A stretch of DNA of 64,000 nt from an uncultured delta proteobacterium (GCA_963815115.1 CAWFFN010000009.1:1120001-1184000), one strand, 5' to 3'. Counted from the first letter of the stretch, positions 49,351 through 60,165 are shown. The notes: generated by a model from the letters alone, not told the origin. Translations and numbers: made by a program.

Positions 49351-51009
49351 TCAAGCCGGCGCGGCGCCGTCGAGCGCCGGACGCGCGCGCTCGATGACGG
49401 CCTCGCAGTCGATCCCCGCCGGCAAGGTCCCGAACGCCAACCCGCGGTCGCCCGCCAGCCGGGACGCGCAGAACGCCTCGGCGACGGGGCCCGGAGCGTG
49501 GCGCAGGAGCAGGGATCCCTGGAGGGCGAGCGCCAGCCGCTCGACCAGCCGCCGCGCCCGGCCCTCGATGGCGCTGAAGTCGTTCAGCTCCCGTCGCAGC
49601 TCGTCGACGAAGGCGTCGAGCCGGGGGTCGGCGCCGCCGGCGAGGCCCACCTCGGCGAAGAAGGCGTCCACCGCTTCCGGGCTCCGGCCCATCGCGCGCA
49701 GCACGTCGAGGCAGATGACGTTGCCCGAGCCCTCCCAGATCGAGTTGAGGGGCGCTTCGCGATAGAGCCGGGGCAGCATCGACTCCTCGACGTAGCCGTT
49801 GCCGCCGAGGCACTCGAGGGCCTCGGCCACGAGAGGCGGCTGGCGCTTGCAGACCCAGTACTTGACGACCGCGGTGGCGAGCCGCGCGAACCGCTTCGCG
49901 TGCTCGTCGCGCGTACCGTCGTCGTAGGCGCGCGCGAGGCGCATCATGGTCGTCGTGGCGGCTTCCGACTCGATGCAGAGGTCGGCGAGCACGTTCTGCA
50001 TCAGAGGGTGCTCGACGAGCCGCTTGCCGAAGGCACGGCGGTGGGCGGCGTGGTGCGTCGCCTGGGCGACTGCCTGTCGCATCCCCGACGCGGAGCCGAT
50101 GACGCAGTCGAGCCGGGTATGGGTCACCATCTCGATGATGGTGGGCACGCCGCGTCCGTCCTCGCCGACCATGCGGGCCCAGGCGCCCTCGAACTCGACC
50201 TCGCTGGACGCGTTCGAGCGGTTGCCGAGCTTGTCCTTGAGACGCTGGATGCGGAAGCGGTTGCGCGTGCCGTCGGGCCGCCAGCGCGGCAGGAGGAAGC
50301 AGGACACGCCGCGCTCGGTCTGCGCCAGGACGAGGAAGGCGTCGCACATCGGTGCCGAGCAGAACCACTTGTGTCCGGTCACCTCGTACTCGGCGCCAGG
50401 CCCGCCCCGGGCGAGCGGCCGCGCCCGGGTGGTGTTGGCGCGCACGTCGGAGCCGCCCTGCTTCTCGGTCATCGCCATGCCGAGGAGCGCGCCGGTCTTC
50501 TCCGCCGCGGGCCGCACCCGCGCGTCGTAGCGATTCGACACGATGCGCGGCTCCCACTCCGCCGCCAGCTCCGGCTGGACGCGCAGCGCGGGCACGGCCG
50601 AGTAGGTCATCGAGATCGGACAGCCGTGACCCGCCTCGGCCTGGGAGAGGACGAAGAAGAGCGCCGCGCGGGCGGCGTGCGCGCCGGGGCGCGGATCACG
50701 CCACGGCAACGCGTGCAGCTCGTGGTGGATGGAGAGGCGCAGCAGCTCGTGCCACGCGGGGTGGAACTCGACCTCGTCGATCCGGTTCCCGAACCGGTCG
50801 TGGGTCCGGAGGATCGGGGGATTGACGTTCGCGAGCCGCCCCCAGGCGAGGGCGTCGCTGCCCGCCTCGACGCCGAGTCGCTGCGCCCGCTCCCGGGCCC
50901 ATCCGGCGCCCTCGCGCTCGAGTGCTTCACCGAGGCAGCGATCGGTCGAGAACAGGTCGTAGCCCTCGAGCGGCGGCGGCTGGTTCAGCACCTCGTGCGT
51001 CGGCGGCAT
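49351..51009 (-). CDS. aidB: AidB-like acyl-CoA dehydrogenase
   Basis: THEVLNQPPPL, VEFHPAWH, GCPISMT, MTEKQGGSDV, RLKDKLGNRSNASSEVEF, NSIWEGSGNV. Confidence 0.88.
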   Translation of the reverse strand: MPPTHEVLNQPPPLEGYDLFSTDRCLGEALEREGAGWARERAQRLGVEAGSDALAWGRLANVNPPILRTHDRFGNRIDEVEFHPAWHELLRLSIHHELHALPWRDPRPGAHAARAALFFVLSQAEAGHGCPISMTYSAVPALRVQPELAAEWEPRIVSNRYDARVRPAAEKTGALLGMAMTEKQGGSDVRANTTRARPLARGGPGAEYEVTGHKWFCSAPMCDAFLVLAQTERGVSCFLLPRWRPDGTRNRFRIQRLKDKLGNRSNASSEVEFEGAWARMVGEDGRGVPTIIEMVTHTRLDCVIGSASGMRQAVAQATHHAAHRRAFGKRLVEHPLMQNVLADLCIESEAATTTMMRLARAYDDGTRDEHAKRFARLATAVVKYWVCKRQPPLVAEALECLGGNGYVEESMLPRLYREAPLNSIWEGSGNVICLDVLRAMGRSPEAVDAFFAEVGLAGGADPRLDAFVDELRRELNDFSAIEGRARRLVERLALALQGSLLLRHAPGPVAEAFCASRLAGDRGLAFGTLPAGIDCEAVIERARPALDGAAPA

Positions 51010-51123
51010 TGGCGGAGAGTAGCAAGACGCCGCCGGGGCCGGAAATCGGGGCCCGAAAACACGGCGGGCTCCCGGACGTGTCCGGGAGCCCGCCTCGATC
51101 ATGTCGATCCGAGCGTCGCCGCC

Positions 51124-51990
51124 TCAGGGAGCGGCCGGGGGACACGCCGTGGCGCAGTCCCTGAAGCCTTGCCGGCAGGCGGTGAGACCGGGCTTGGCGG
51201 CCTCGCGGGCGCTGTCGCGGCACTGGAAGGCCACGTCGAGCGCCTGCATGATGCAGGTCGGATCACCGTTGCAGAGCGCGACGGCGGCCTGCTTGTCGGC
51301 CCGGCACTGCGCCACCGCCTGATCGAGCGCGTCCTCGATGGGCTGCCGGCAGTCCTCGCGATCGGCGCGGCAGGCCTCGACGCAGTCGTGATCCTTGTTG
51401 CGGCAGCTGTCCTTGGCGAACTGGTAGTCCTCGCGGCACGTCGCGCCGCACGCGTGGTTGTCCTGGGCGGCGTCATGCCGGCACTGCTTCGTGTCGTCCA
51501 CCGGACCGGCGCCCTCGGGGCAGGCCTGCACGCACGGCCGGAAGCCCTGGACGCCCGAGTCCTCGTCGCCCTTGCGGCAGGCGTCGAGGGCGTCCTTGGT
51601 GCTCTTGCGCACCCCCACCCGGCAGTTGAATCCGTCGAGCTGGGCGTTGTCGATGCAGGTGTCCCGGGCGTCGGGATCGTCCGGGTAGATGGTCTTGCAG
51701 TTGCCGATCGCCGTACTCATGGTGGCGTTGCACGCCTTGATGGCGTCCGCGAAGCCGGTGGCGTCGACGCACTCCGCACGCAGCTCGCGGCAGGCCTCGA
51801 CGCAGCCGTGGTCCTTGTCGATGCAGGCGTCCTTCGCGACCTGGAAATCTTCTTTACAGTCGGCCTTGCACTCCTTGTAATTCCCCGCGGCTGCCCTGAT
51901 GCACTGGCCAACCTGGCCGGCCAGTGCGTTGGCGGCCAGCCCGGCGACGAGCGTCGCGCTCAGCGCCAGGCGAAGCAGTGTACGGCTCAT
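51124..51990 (-). CDS. Secreted Cys-rich helical repeat protein (internal duplication)
   Basis: Signal ALA-GQ; KDACIDKDHGCVEACR and KDSCRNKDHDCVEACR. Confidence 0.8.
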   Translation of the reverse strand: MSRTLLRLALSATLVAGLAANALAGQVGQCIRAAAGNYKECKADCKEDFQVAKDACIDKDHGCVEACRELRAECVDATGFADAIKACNATMSTAIGNCKTIYPDDPDARDTCIDNAQLDGFNCRVGVRKSTKDALDACRKGDEDSGVQGFRPCVQACPEGAGPVDDTKQCRHDAAQDNHACGATCREDYQFAKDSCRNKDHDCVEACRADREDCRQPIEDALDQAVAQCRADKQAAVALCNGDPTCIMQALDVAFQCRDSAREAAKPGLTACRQGFRDCATACPPAAP

Positions 51991-52136
51991 GACGACCTCC
52001 CCCTTGTCTGATGATCCGTTGGTGGACGTTCACCGCATACCGTGACCCCCGCAGGCTGACAAGTGAAAATCACCGCCGCGCGGTGTCGTCGTGCACACCT
52101 TGCCGGCGGCCATGGCGGAAGCGTAGAACGCCGCGC

Positions 52137-53288
52137 ATGCGCCTCGAGCCGTTCCGTATCGCCGTGCCCGATGCCGTGCTCCGGGATCTCGGGGAGCGGC
52201 TGGCGCGCACGCGATTTCCCGACGAGATCGCGGATTCCGGCTGGACCTACGGGACGGATCTCGCATTCCTGCGCGACCTCGTGGCCCATTGGTACGAGCG
52301 CTACGACTGGCGCGCGGCCGAGGCTGCGCTGAACCGCTTCCCGCAGTTCCGCGCCGAGGTCGGCGGACTCGGCATCCACTTCATCCACGCGCGCGGCGCC
52401 GGTCCCCGGCCGTTCCCGCTCGTGATCACGCACGGCTGGCCGGGCTCGGTCGCCGAGTTCAGCAAGATCATCGGACCGCTCAGCGATCCGGCACGTCACG
52501 GCGGCGACCCGGCCGACGCCTTCGACGTGATCGCGCCGTCGATGCCGGGCTACGGCTTCTCCGATCACGCCCGCACCCCCGGCATGGACGCCGAGCGCAT
52601 CGCCGCGCTGTGGGCGGAGCTGATGCGCGGTCTGGGCTACGCGCGCTTCGGCGCCCAGGGCGGCGACTGGGGTGCGATGGTGAGCACGTACCTCGGTGCG
52701 AACCACGGAGACGCCGTCGCGGGAATCCACCTGAACATGGTGGTGGCGTTCCCGCCCGACCCGGCGAACCCGCTCGACGGCCTGAACCAGGACGAGGTCG
52801 TCGACATGATCCCGATGCAGGACTGGCTGCGCGAGGAGACCGGCTACCAGCGCATCCAGGGCACCAAGCCGCAGACGCTGGGCTACGCGCTGAACGACTC
52901 CCCCGCCGGGCTGTGCGCCTGGATCGTCGAGAAGTTCCGCACCTGGAGCGACTGCGACGGCGACGTCGAGCGGCGTTTCACGAAGGACGAGCTGCTCACC
53001 AACGTGATGCTCTACTGGGTCACGCAGACGGCGACGTCCTCGGCGCGCCTGTACTACGAGATGATGCACGCTGGGAAGTTCCCGCCGCAGTCCTTCCGGG
53101 TGAACGTTCCGACCGGGTGCGCGATCTTCCCGAAGGAGATCCTGAAGCCGCCTCGGGCGTGGGTCGAGCGCCTCTACAACGTGACGCGCTGGACGCGCTT
53201 CGAGCGCGGCGGGCACTTCGCCGCCATGGAGGAGCCGGCGGCGCTGGTCGACGACATCCGCGCCTTCTTCCGGCCGCTGCGCGGCTGA
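52137..53288 (+). CDS. Epoxide hydrolase (EHN + alpha/beta hydrolase)
   Basis: HGWPGS, PSMPGYGFS, QGGDWG, TKPQTL..DSPAGL, GGHFAAME. Confidence 0.95.
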   Translation: MRLEPFRIAVPDAVLRDLGERLARTRFPDEIADSGWTYGTDLAFLRDLVAHWYERYDWRAAEAALNRFPQFRAEVGGLGIHFIHARGAGPRPFPLVITHGWPGSVAEFSKIIGPLSDPARHGGDPADAFDVIAPSMPGYGFSDHARTPGMDAERIAALWAELMRGLGYARFGAQGGDWGAMVSTYLGANHGDAVAGIHLNMVVAFPPDPANPLDGLNQDEVVDMIPMQDWLREETGYQRIQGTKPQTLGYALNDSPAGLCAWIVEKFRTWSDCDGDVERRFTKDELLTNVMLYWVTQTATSSARLYYEMMHAGKFPPQSFRVNVPTGCAIFPKEILKPPRAWVERLYNVTRWTRFERGGHFAAMEEPAALVDDIRAFFRPLRG

Positions 53289-53295
53289 GTCGTCC

Positions 53296-54594
53296 GTGCC
53301 GCGCTTCGCCCGCCACGCGGTCTGCTCGCCGCTCACCCTGGCGTCGGAGATCGGGCTCGAGGTCCTGCGCGACGGCGGGAACGCCGCCGATTCGGCGATC
53401 GCCACCAACCTCGCGCTCGCGGTCGCCTATCCGCACATGTGCGGCGTGGGCGGCGATCTGCTCGCCATGGTCTGGGTCGACGGCGAGCTCGCCGGCCTCA
53501 ACTCGAGCGGGCGCCTGCCGGCCGCGACGCCGCCGCTCGCGGGCGACGTTCCACTCCGCGGGGTGGGCTCGGCGACGGTCCCCGGCGCGCCGGCCGGCTG
53601 GACCGCGCTCGCGCAGCGCTTCGCGACGCGCTCGCTGAACGACCTGGCGCAGCCGGCGATCCGGCTGGCACGCGACGGGGTCGCGCGCTCTCCCGGGCTG
53701 ACGCGGCTGACGGCGTGGTCCTCCGCCCTGCTCCGCAACGACCCGGAGGCGAGCCGCATCTTCCTGGCCGACGGGGTGCTCCGGCAGCCCGAGCTGGCGA
53801 AAACGCTCGCGGCGCTCGACGACTTCTACCAGGGTCCCGTGGCGCGCGCCGCCCCGGCGCCGTTCTCGGCGGCGGACTTCGCGTCGCACCAGGCCGAGTG
53901 GGTGGCCCCCCTGCGCGCGCCCTTCGCCGGCACCGAGGTGTGCGAGATGCCGCCCAACAGCCGCGGTCACCTGGTGCTGGACGCCATCCGACGCCTGGAG
54001 CCGCTCGACGGCCTCGGCGCCGACGATCCCGAGCTGCACGCCCGCCTCGTCCGCGCGCTGTGCGCGGCCGTGTTCGGCGGCGACACCATCTACCTCTGCG
54101 TCGTCGACGGGGACGGCATGGCCGTGAGCCTGAACCAGAGCCTGTTCATGGCGTTCGGCAGCGGGGTGGTCGTCCCCGGCACCGGCGTCCTGCTCCACAA
54201 CCGCGGCGCGTATCACACGGCCGCGACCTACCGCCCGGGCGCGCGCCCGATTCACACGCTGTCTCCGGCGATGGCGCTGGCGGAGGGGCGGCCGCGGCTC
54301 GTGTTCGGGACCATGGGCGGCGACGCGCAGGTGCAGATCCACCTGCAGCTCCTGGCGCGCATCCTCGTCGCCGGCCAGCCGGTGGACGACGCCCTCGCCG
54401 CGCCGCGCTGGACGTTCGACCGGACGACGCTGCTGGTCGAGGACGGCCTCGTCCTCGATCCGCCGCCCGGCATGACCGCGGATCGCCTCGCGGTGCCGGA
54501 GCTCGCCGGGCACGCCCACGCGATCCGCGTGCTCCCCGGCGGCCTCGAAGCGGGGTGCGACCCGCGCTCCGACGGCGTGGCCGTCGGTGACTAG
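53296..54594 (+). CDS. ggt: Gamma-glutamyltransferase family protein
   Basis: GGNAAD, PHMCGVGGD, DTIYL (Thr nucleophile), FGSG..LHNRG, HTLSP, GTMGGDAQ. Confidence 0.88.
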   Translation: MPRFARHAVCSPLTLASEIGLEVLRDGGNAADSAIATNLALAVAYPHMCGVGGDLLAMVWVDGELAGLNSSGRLPAATPPLAGDVPLRGVGSATVPGAPAGWTALAQRFATRSLNDLAQPAIRLARDGVARSPGLTRLTAWSSALLRNDPEASRIFLADGVLRQPELAKTLAALDDFYQGPVARAAPAPFSAADFASHQAEWVAPLRAPFAGTEVCEMPPNSRGHLVLDAIRRLEPLDGLGADDPELHARLVRALCAAVFGGDTIYLCVVDGDGMAVSLNQSLFMAFGSGVVVPGTGVLLHNRGAYHTAATYRPGARPIHTLSPAMALAEGRPRLVFGTMGGDAQVQIHLQLLARILVAGQPVDDALAAPRWTFDRTTLLVEDGLVLDPPPGMTADRLAVPELAGHAHAIRVLPGGLEAGCDPRSDGVAVGD

Positions 54595-54727
54595 GCGAGC
54601 GACCCGAGACTTCGTCTCGGGCCGGGACGGAGGGCGAGAATGAGACTTCATGAACGGTGCGGACGTCGTGCCGCGGCCGGCGTAGCCGGCGCGGCAAACG
54701 TTCCGAAGTGCGCTGGAGCTGAGAACC
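54591..54727. mobile_element. Left half of the 304-bp element, copy B
   Basis: CTAGGCGAGCGACCCGAGACTTCGTCTCGGG...CGTGCCGCGGCCGGCGTAGCCGGCGCGGCAAAC. Confidence 0.75.
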
Positions 54728-54787
54728 GCCGCGGCTTCGCGCTTCGCAGGTTGACTCGACTCCCGGGGCCGCGGAAGCTCGCCCGCC

Positions 54788-55735
54788 ATGGCGACGCATC
54801 CGATCCGATTCGGCATCCAGACCGGACAGCAGACCGTGGAGTGGCCCCAGATGCTCGACCTGTGGCGCAAGGCCGACGCCTGGGGATTCGACTCGCTCTG
54901 GAACTTCGATCACTTCTACGCCATCTTCGTGCCGCCGGAGCAGCCCTGTCTCGAGGGCTGGACGACGCTCGCCGCGCTGGCGCAGGCGACGACCCGCGCG
55001 CGGGTGGGGACGCTGGTCAGCGGCAACACCTACCGCCATCCGTGCGTGACGGCGAAGATGGCGGCCACGGTCGACCACATCAGCGGCGGTCGCCTGAACC
55101 TCGGCATCGGCGCGGGCTGGTTCGAGCTCGAGCACCGGAGCTTCGGTATCGACTTCAAGACCGTGCCCGCGCGCCTGGCGGCGCTCGACGAGGCATGCCG
55201 GATCATCCGCGGGATGCTCACCGACGAGCGCACGACGGTCGAGGGGAAGCACTACACCGTGCGCGAGGCGATGGGGAATCCCAAGCCGCTCCAGCGGCCC
55301 CACCCGCCGATCCTCATCGGCGGCACGGGCGAGCGCGTGCTGCTCAAGCTGGTCGCCCGGCATGCCGACATGTGGAACGCCAGCGCGAGCGCCCCGCGCA
55401 TGCGCGAGCTCATCGACCTCATCCAGCGGCACGGCGACACGGTCGGCCGCGACGCCGATCGGATCGAGAAGACGGTGATGATGCCGCTCTGCTATCGTGC
55501 CCCCGCGGAGCGGCAGCAGTTCATGTGCCAGCTGATCGGCTCGATGCGGCAGACGACGCCGGAGGAAGCGCGCGGACAGATCATGATCGGCGACAAGCAG
55601 GAGTGCCTCGATTGCGTCGAGCGCTACGTCTCGGCGGGCGTGACCCACTTCATCTTCATGATCTTCGCACCCTACATGCTGGACGAGATCCAGGCCTTCG
55701 CCGAGGAGGTCATCCCCGCGGTGCGGGCGGCCTGA
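54788..55735 (+). CDS. LLM-class F420-dependent oxidoreductase
   Basis: FDSLWNFDHF, EGWTTLAALA, YRHP..AKMAATVDHISGGR..LGIGAGW, PPILIGG.GE. Confidence 0.9.
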   Translation: MATHPIRFGIQTGQQTVEWPQMLDLWRKADAWGFDSLWNFDHFYAIFVPPEQPCLEGWTTLAALAQATTRARVGTLVSGNTYRHPCVTAKMAATVDHISGGRLNLGIGAGWFELEHRSFGIDFKTVPARLAALDEACRIIRGMLTDERTTVEGKHYTVREAMGNPKPLQRPHPPILIGGTGERVLLKLVARHADMWNASASAPRMRELIDLIQRHGDTVGRDADRIEKTVMMPLCYRAPAERQQFMCQLIGSMRQTTPEEARGQIMIGDKQECLDCVERYVSAGVTHFIFMIFAPYMLDEIQAFAEEVIPAVRAA

Positions 55736-55776
55736 CCGGCCGACGCGGCGCGCGTTGCCCGGGCGAGCCACCTCGG

Positions 55777-56080
55777 CTAGGAAAGCGACCCGAGACTCCG
55801 TCTCGGGTCGAGACGGAGGGCGAGGATGGACTGCATGAACAATGCGAACGTCGTGCCGCGGCCGGCGTAGCCGGCGCGGCAAAGGTTCCGGAGTGCGACT
55901 CTGGAGCTGAGAACGGCATGCGTGTGGGCCGGCCAGCACGGATTGGGACGGAGCCTTGGGCATGCCACGGTTTGCCGCGCCGGCTTTGCCGGCCGCGGCA
56001 CGGCGTCCGCTCGATTCGCCGAACGCCACACGCTCGCCTCCGCTTTCGACCCGAGACGAAGTCTCGGGTCGACCTCCTAG
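55777..56080. mobile_element. 304-bp MITE/REPIN-like element, copy C
   Basis: Same length and architecture as 41570-41873; CTAG at both ends. Confidence 0.8.
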
Positions 56081-56089
56081 GCGGGGTCC

Positions 56090-57305
56090 GTGCGAATCCG
56101 CCCGTGGCTCTCCCGTGCCGCCCTGGCGTGCGTCTGGCTCGGCGTTCCGCTGCTGGCGATCGAGCTCTTCGCCCCGCGGGTCGTCCAGCGGAGCGACTGC
56201 GGCCCGGAGCAGGCCCCGCTCTGGCGACCCGACGCGACCGTCGGCTGGGCCCTCATACCCAACGCCGAGCGCGACGCCGCGGTCTGCGACGGCAGCCGTC
56301 AGATCGCCCGACACCGGGTACTGATCAACGCCGCGGGATATCGCGACCGCGATCGCACCTACGTGCCGGACGGGCGCGCGCCGCGCGTCGTCGTCCTGGG
56401 AGACTCGTTCACCGAGGCGCTCCAGGTCGCGCTCCCCGAGACGTTCACGCAACGCCTGGAGGCGACGCTCGGCGTCGACGTCATGAACCTCGGCGTCTCC
56501 GGCTACTCGACCGACAACGAGCTGCGGCTCTTTCGCGCCAGGGCGGCGGGCTACCAGCCGGACGTCGTGCTGCTCCTCTTCTTCGTCGGCAACGACGTGC
56601 TGGAGAATGGCGCCATGCTCTACCTGAAAAACCCGCACGGCCTGCCACCGAAACCCTGGCTCGACACTTCCGGTGCCTCGCCGGACCTGGCACGGTGCCT
56701 GGCCGTCGACCGGGCAGCGGCCAACGTCGCCGATCGGACCCCCACGGCGCTGTGGGAGTCTTCGCGCGTCGTGCGTTTCGGGCTCGCGACGGGGGTCGAT
56801 TGGGCGCTCGGCCGCCTGTGCGAGACGGCGACCGGCCCGTCGCTCGACCCCGGCGTGCCCGAGCTGCTCGGCGTCTACGGGCCGCCCGCCACGCCAGCCT
56901 GGGAGGAGGGGTGGACGAACACCGAGGCGTTGCTGCTCGAGCTGCGGGACGCAGTGCATGGCGCGGGCGCCACGCTCGCCGTCGCGCTGGCGCCGGCGGG
57001 GTACGAGTATGCGCCGGAGATGCGCCGACTCGAAGGGCTCCTGTCCCCGTCTCGCAGGGGTGCCCTCGACTACGCGTATCCGTACAAGCGGCTGGGCGCG
57101 CTCCTCGATGCGGCCCAGGTGCCATGGCTCTCGCTGGAGCCGGTGCTGCGTGCGCACTACGCCACGACGGGGCGCTCCGGGTGCTACGCGTGGGACGGGC
57201 ACTGGAATCCGGAGGGGCACGCGATCGTGGCGGCCGCGCTGGAGCCGTTCCTCCGATCGCTCATGCGCACGCCCGCCACCGGCGACGAGCGCGGCCGCGG
57301 GTTGA
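56090..57305 (+). CDS. SGNH/GDSL hydrolase-like protein (true stop uncertain)
   Basis: INAAGYRD, VVLGDSFTEA, NLGVSGY, FFVGND, DGHWNPEGH. Confidence 0.8.
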
Positions 57306-57338
57306 CAGCTCGCCGCTACCTGAGGAGATCCTCTCGGC

Positions 57339-57506
57339 GTGCCACGTCCTCCTCAGCCGTCGATCGTCCGGGAGCTCTGGGACTTCTTGCGGGTGCGCAA
57401 GAAGTGGTGGCTCGGACCCATCGTGCTCGTCCTGGTGCTGTTCGGTGCGCTCGTCGTGCTCACCCAGGGCTCCGCGGTCGCGCCGTTCATCTACACGATC
57501 TTCTGA
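57339..57506 (+). CDS. DUF5989/SxtK-like small membrane protein
   Basis: GAGGAG RBS; ELWDFLRVRKKWWLGPI...GSAVAPFIYTIF (not in the ORF track, 55 aa). Confidence 0.85.
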   Translation: MPRPPQPSIVRELWDFLRVRKKWWLGPIVLVLVLFGALVVLTQGSAVAPFIYTIF

Positions 57507-57919
57507 TGACCCCGTCGCCGGCATCGCCCGCGCGCGACGCGCGCGAGCTGCGTCGGTTCGGCCTCACGGTCGGGGGAATGTTCCTGCTCCTCGGGCTGGT
57601 GAGCCGCTGGCGCGGACATACCGTGCCCCCCCTCGTCCTCGGGGCGGCGGGAGTCCTGCTGGTGGTGCCGGGCTTGCTGACCCCTCGGCTCCTCGCGCCC
57701 GTCGAACGCGGCTGGATGCGTTTCGCCGCGGTGATGGGACACGTGAACACGCGGATCATCCTGACCGTGCTCTACTACCTCGTGATCACTCCCGTCGGGT
57801 TCGTCCGCCGGTGGATGGGAGACCCGCTCGACCGCGCCATGCGCGACGGACGGCCTTCGGTGTGGGTACGGCGGCCTCCGGGAGCCACCGATCCGGCCCG
57901 ATACCGGCAGCAGTTCTGA
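57506..57919 (+). CDS. SxtJ-family membrane protein
   Basis: ELRRFGL, WMRFA..MG.VNTRIIL..YYLVITPVG, DPL, QQF; TGATG overlap. Confidence 0.85.
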   Translation: MTPSPASPARDARELRRFGLTVGGMFLLLGLVSRWRGHTVPPLVLGAAGVLLVVPGLLTPRLLAPVERGWMRFAAVMGHVNTRIILTVLYYLVITPVGFVRRWMGDPLDRAMRDGRPSVWVRRPPGATDPARYRQQF

Positions 57920-59745
57920 TGGCCCGCATCCTGGGCGTCTCCGCCTTCTACCACGACTCGGCGGCCTGCCTCGTGCGCGACGGCGAGATCGTCGCCGCGG
58001 CGCAGGAGGAGCGCTTCACCCGCAAGAAGCACGACGCCGGATTCCCGCGCCACGCCGTCGCGTACTGCCTCGAGGCGGCCGGACTCACGCGTCGCCGATC
58101 TCGACTACGTCGGCTTCTACGACAAGCCCCTGCTCAAGTTCGAGCGCCTGCTCGAGCAGTATCTCGGCGTGGCGCCTCGCGGGCTGGCGCAGTTCATCAC
58201 GGCGATGCCGGTGTGGCTGCGCGACAAGCTCTTCACCCGGCGGCTGATCCTGAGCGAGCTGGAGGGATTCGAAGGCGAGGTCCTCTTCACGCGAGCACCA
58301 CGAGTCGCACGCCGCGAGCGCGTTCTTCCCGTCTCCGTTCGAGGAGGCGGCCGTGCTCACGATGGACGGGGTCGGCGAGTGGGCGACCTCCTCGTACGGC
58401 GTCGGGAGCGGCAAGGACCTGCGCCTGCTCGCCGAGCTGCACTACCCGCACTCGCTCGGCCTGCTCTACTCGGCGTTCACCTACTACACCGGCTTCAAGG
58501 TCAACTCCGGCGAGTACAAGGTGATGGGCCTCGCGCCCTACGGAGAGCCGCGCTACGCCGAGCGCATCCTCGATCGCCTGGTCGAGCTGCGCGACGACGG
58601 GTCGTTCAAGCTCGACATGCGCTACTTCGACTACCTGCGCGGGCTCACCATGACCAACGGCGCCTTCGACGAGCTGTTCGGCGGGCCGCCGCGGCGGCCC
58701 GAGTCGCCACTCACCCAGCGCGAGATGGACCTCGCCGCCTCGGTGCAGCAGGTGACCGAGGAGATCATGCTGCGGATGGCGCGCCACGTGCACCGCGAGA
58801 CCGGCATGAAGAACCTCTGCCTCGCCGGCGGCGTCGCGCTCAACTGCGTCGGCAACGGGCGCCTGCTGCGCGAAGGGCCCTTCGAGCGCCTGTGGATCCA
58901 GCCCGCCGCCGGCGACGCCGGCGGCGCCGTCGGCGTCGCGCTCGCCGTTCACCACATCGTGCTGGGCGGTGACCGTCGCGTGCCGTCCGAGGGTGACGCG
59001 ATGCACGGCTCGTACCTGGGTCCCGCCTTCACCGACGATGCCATCGAAGACGTGCTGCGCTCCGTCGGCGCGGTCTACGAGCGCCTGCCCGAGCCCGCGC
59101 TCCTCGACCGCACGGCCGCTCTGCTGGCGGACGAGCGGGTCGTCGGCTGGTTCCAGGGTCGGATGGAGTTCGGCCCGCGGGCGCTCGGCGCGCGCAGCAT
59201 CCTGGGCGATCCGCGCTCGCCCCGCATGCAGTCGGTGATGAACCTGAAGATCAAGTTCCGCGAGAGCTTCCGGCCCTTCGCCCCGAGCATCCTGCGCGAG
59301 CACGTGGCGCAGTGGTTCGACCTCGACGTCGACTCTCCCTACATGCTCCTGGTCGCCCCGGTGCGAGAGGACGCACCGCATCCCGATGACTGCCGAGCAG
59401 GAGCGGCTCTTCGGCATCGAGAAGCTGAACGTGCCGCGCTCGACGATCCCCGCCGTCACGCACGTCGACTACTCGGCGCGCATCCAGACGGTGCACCGCG
59501 AGACCAATCCGCTCTACCACGCGCTGCTCGAGCGCTTTCACGCGCTCACCGGCTGCCCGCTCCTGGTCAACACCAGCTTCAACGTGCGCGGCGAGCCCAT
59601 CGTGTGCGCGCCCGAGGACGCGTGGCGCTGCTTCATGCGGACCGAGATGGATCATCTGGTGATGGGATCGTACGTCCTCGACAAGGCGAAGCAGGCGCCG
59701 CTCGCCGACGACGGCTCGTGGCGGCGGCAGTACGATCTCGACTGA
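57919..59745 (+). CDS. NodU/CmcH/SxtI-family carbamoyltransferase (frameshifts ~58090, ~58290, ~59375)
   Basis: ILGVSAFYHDSAA, AQEERFTRKKHD, DGVGEW, GEYKVMGLAPYG, AGGVALNC, EFGPRALG.RS, NTSFNVRGEPIV. Confidence 0.9.
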
Positions 59746-59763
59746 GACGGCGCGAGCGGATCG

Positions 59764-60165
59764 TCACCGTCCCGGCGCCTGTCGTCTTCGCCGACGCTCG
59801 GAGACGCGGATCCGGCCGCCGCGGCGGAAGGCGCTGGGCGTAAGGCCCGTCCAGCGCTGGAAGGCGCGCGTGAAATGCGCGGCGTCGGAGTAGCCGAGCA
59901 GGAGCGCGACGTCGCGGATCTTCCGATCCGGGTCGCTCAGCATCTTCCGGGCCGCTTCGAAGCGCATCTGCTGGACGACACGCGCGTAGGTCAGGCCGGC
60001 TCGATGCAGTCGGCGCTGGAGCGTGCGGGCGCTCGTCCGAACCGAGTCGGCGACGCGGTGAACGTCGAGAGGACCGCTCGTGAGCAGCCCGCCGACGACC
60101 TGCCGCACGCGACGATGGAAGTCGCCGGCGGCGGCGTCACCCGGTGGTGGATCTGCACGTCCCAT
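59764..60165 (-). CDS. AraC-family HTH protein (short, C-terminal domain only)
   Basis: SARTLQRRL, VALLLGYSDAAHFTRAFQRWTGLTPSAFR. Confidence 0.75.
   Translation of the reverse strand: MGRADPPPGDAAAGDFHRRVRQVVGGLLTSGPLDVHRVADSVRTSARTLQRRLHRAGLTYARVVQQMRFEAARKMLSDPDRKIRDVALLLGYSDAAHFTRAFQRWTGLTPSAFRRGGRIRVSERRRRRQAPGR

Noticed and set aside
57339-59745. Saxitoxin biosynthesis
   Set aside because: No sxtA/sxtG-type core genes; sxtIJK homologs are widespread outside toxin clusters
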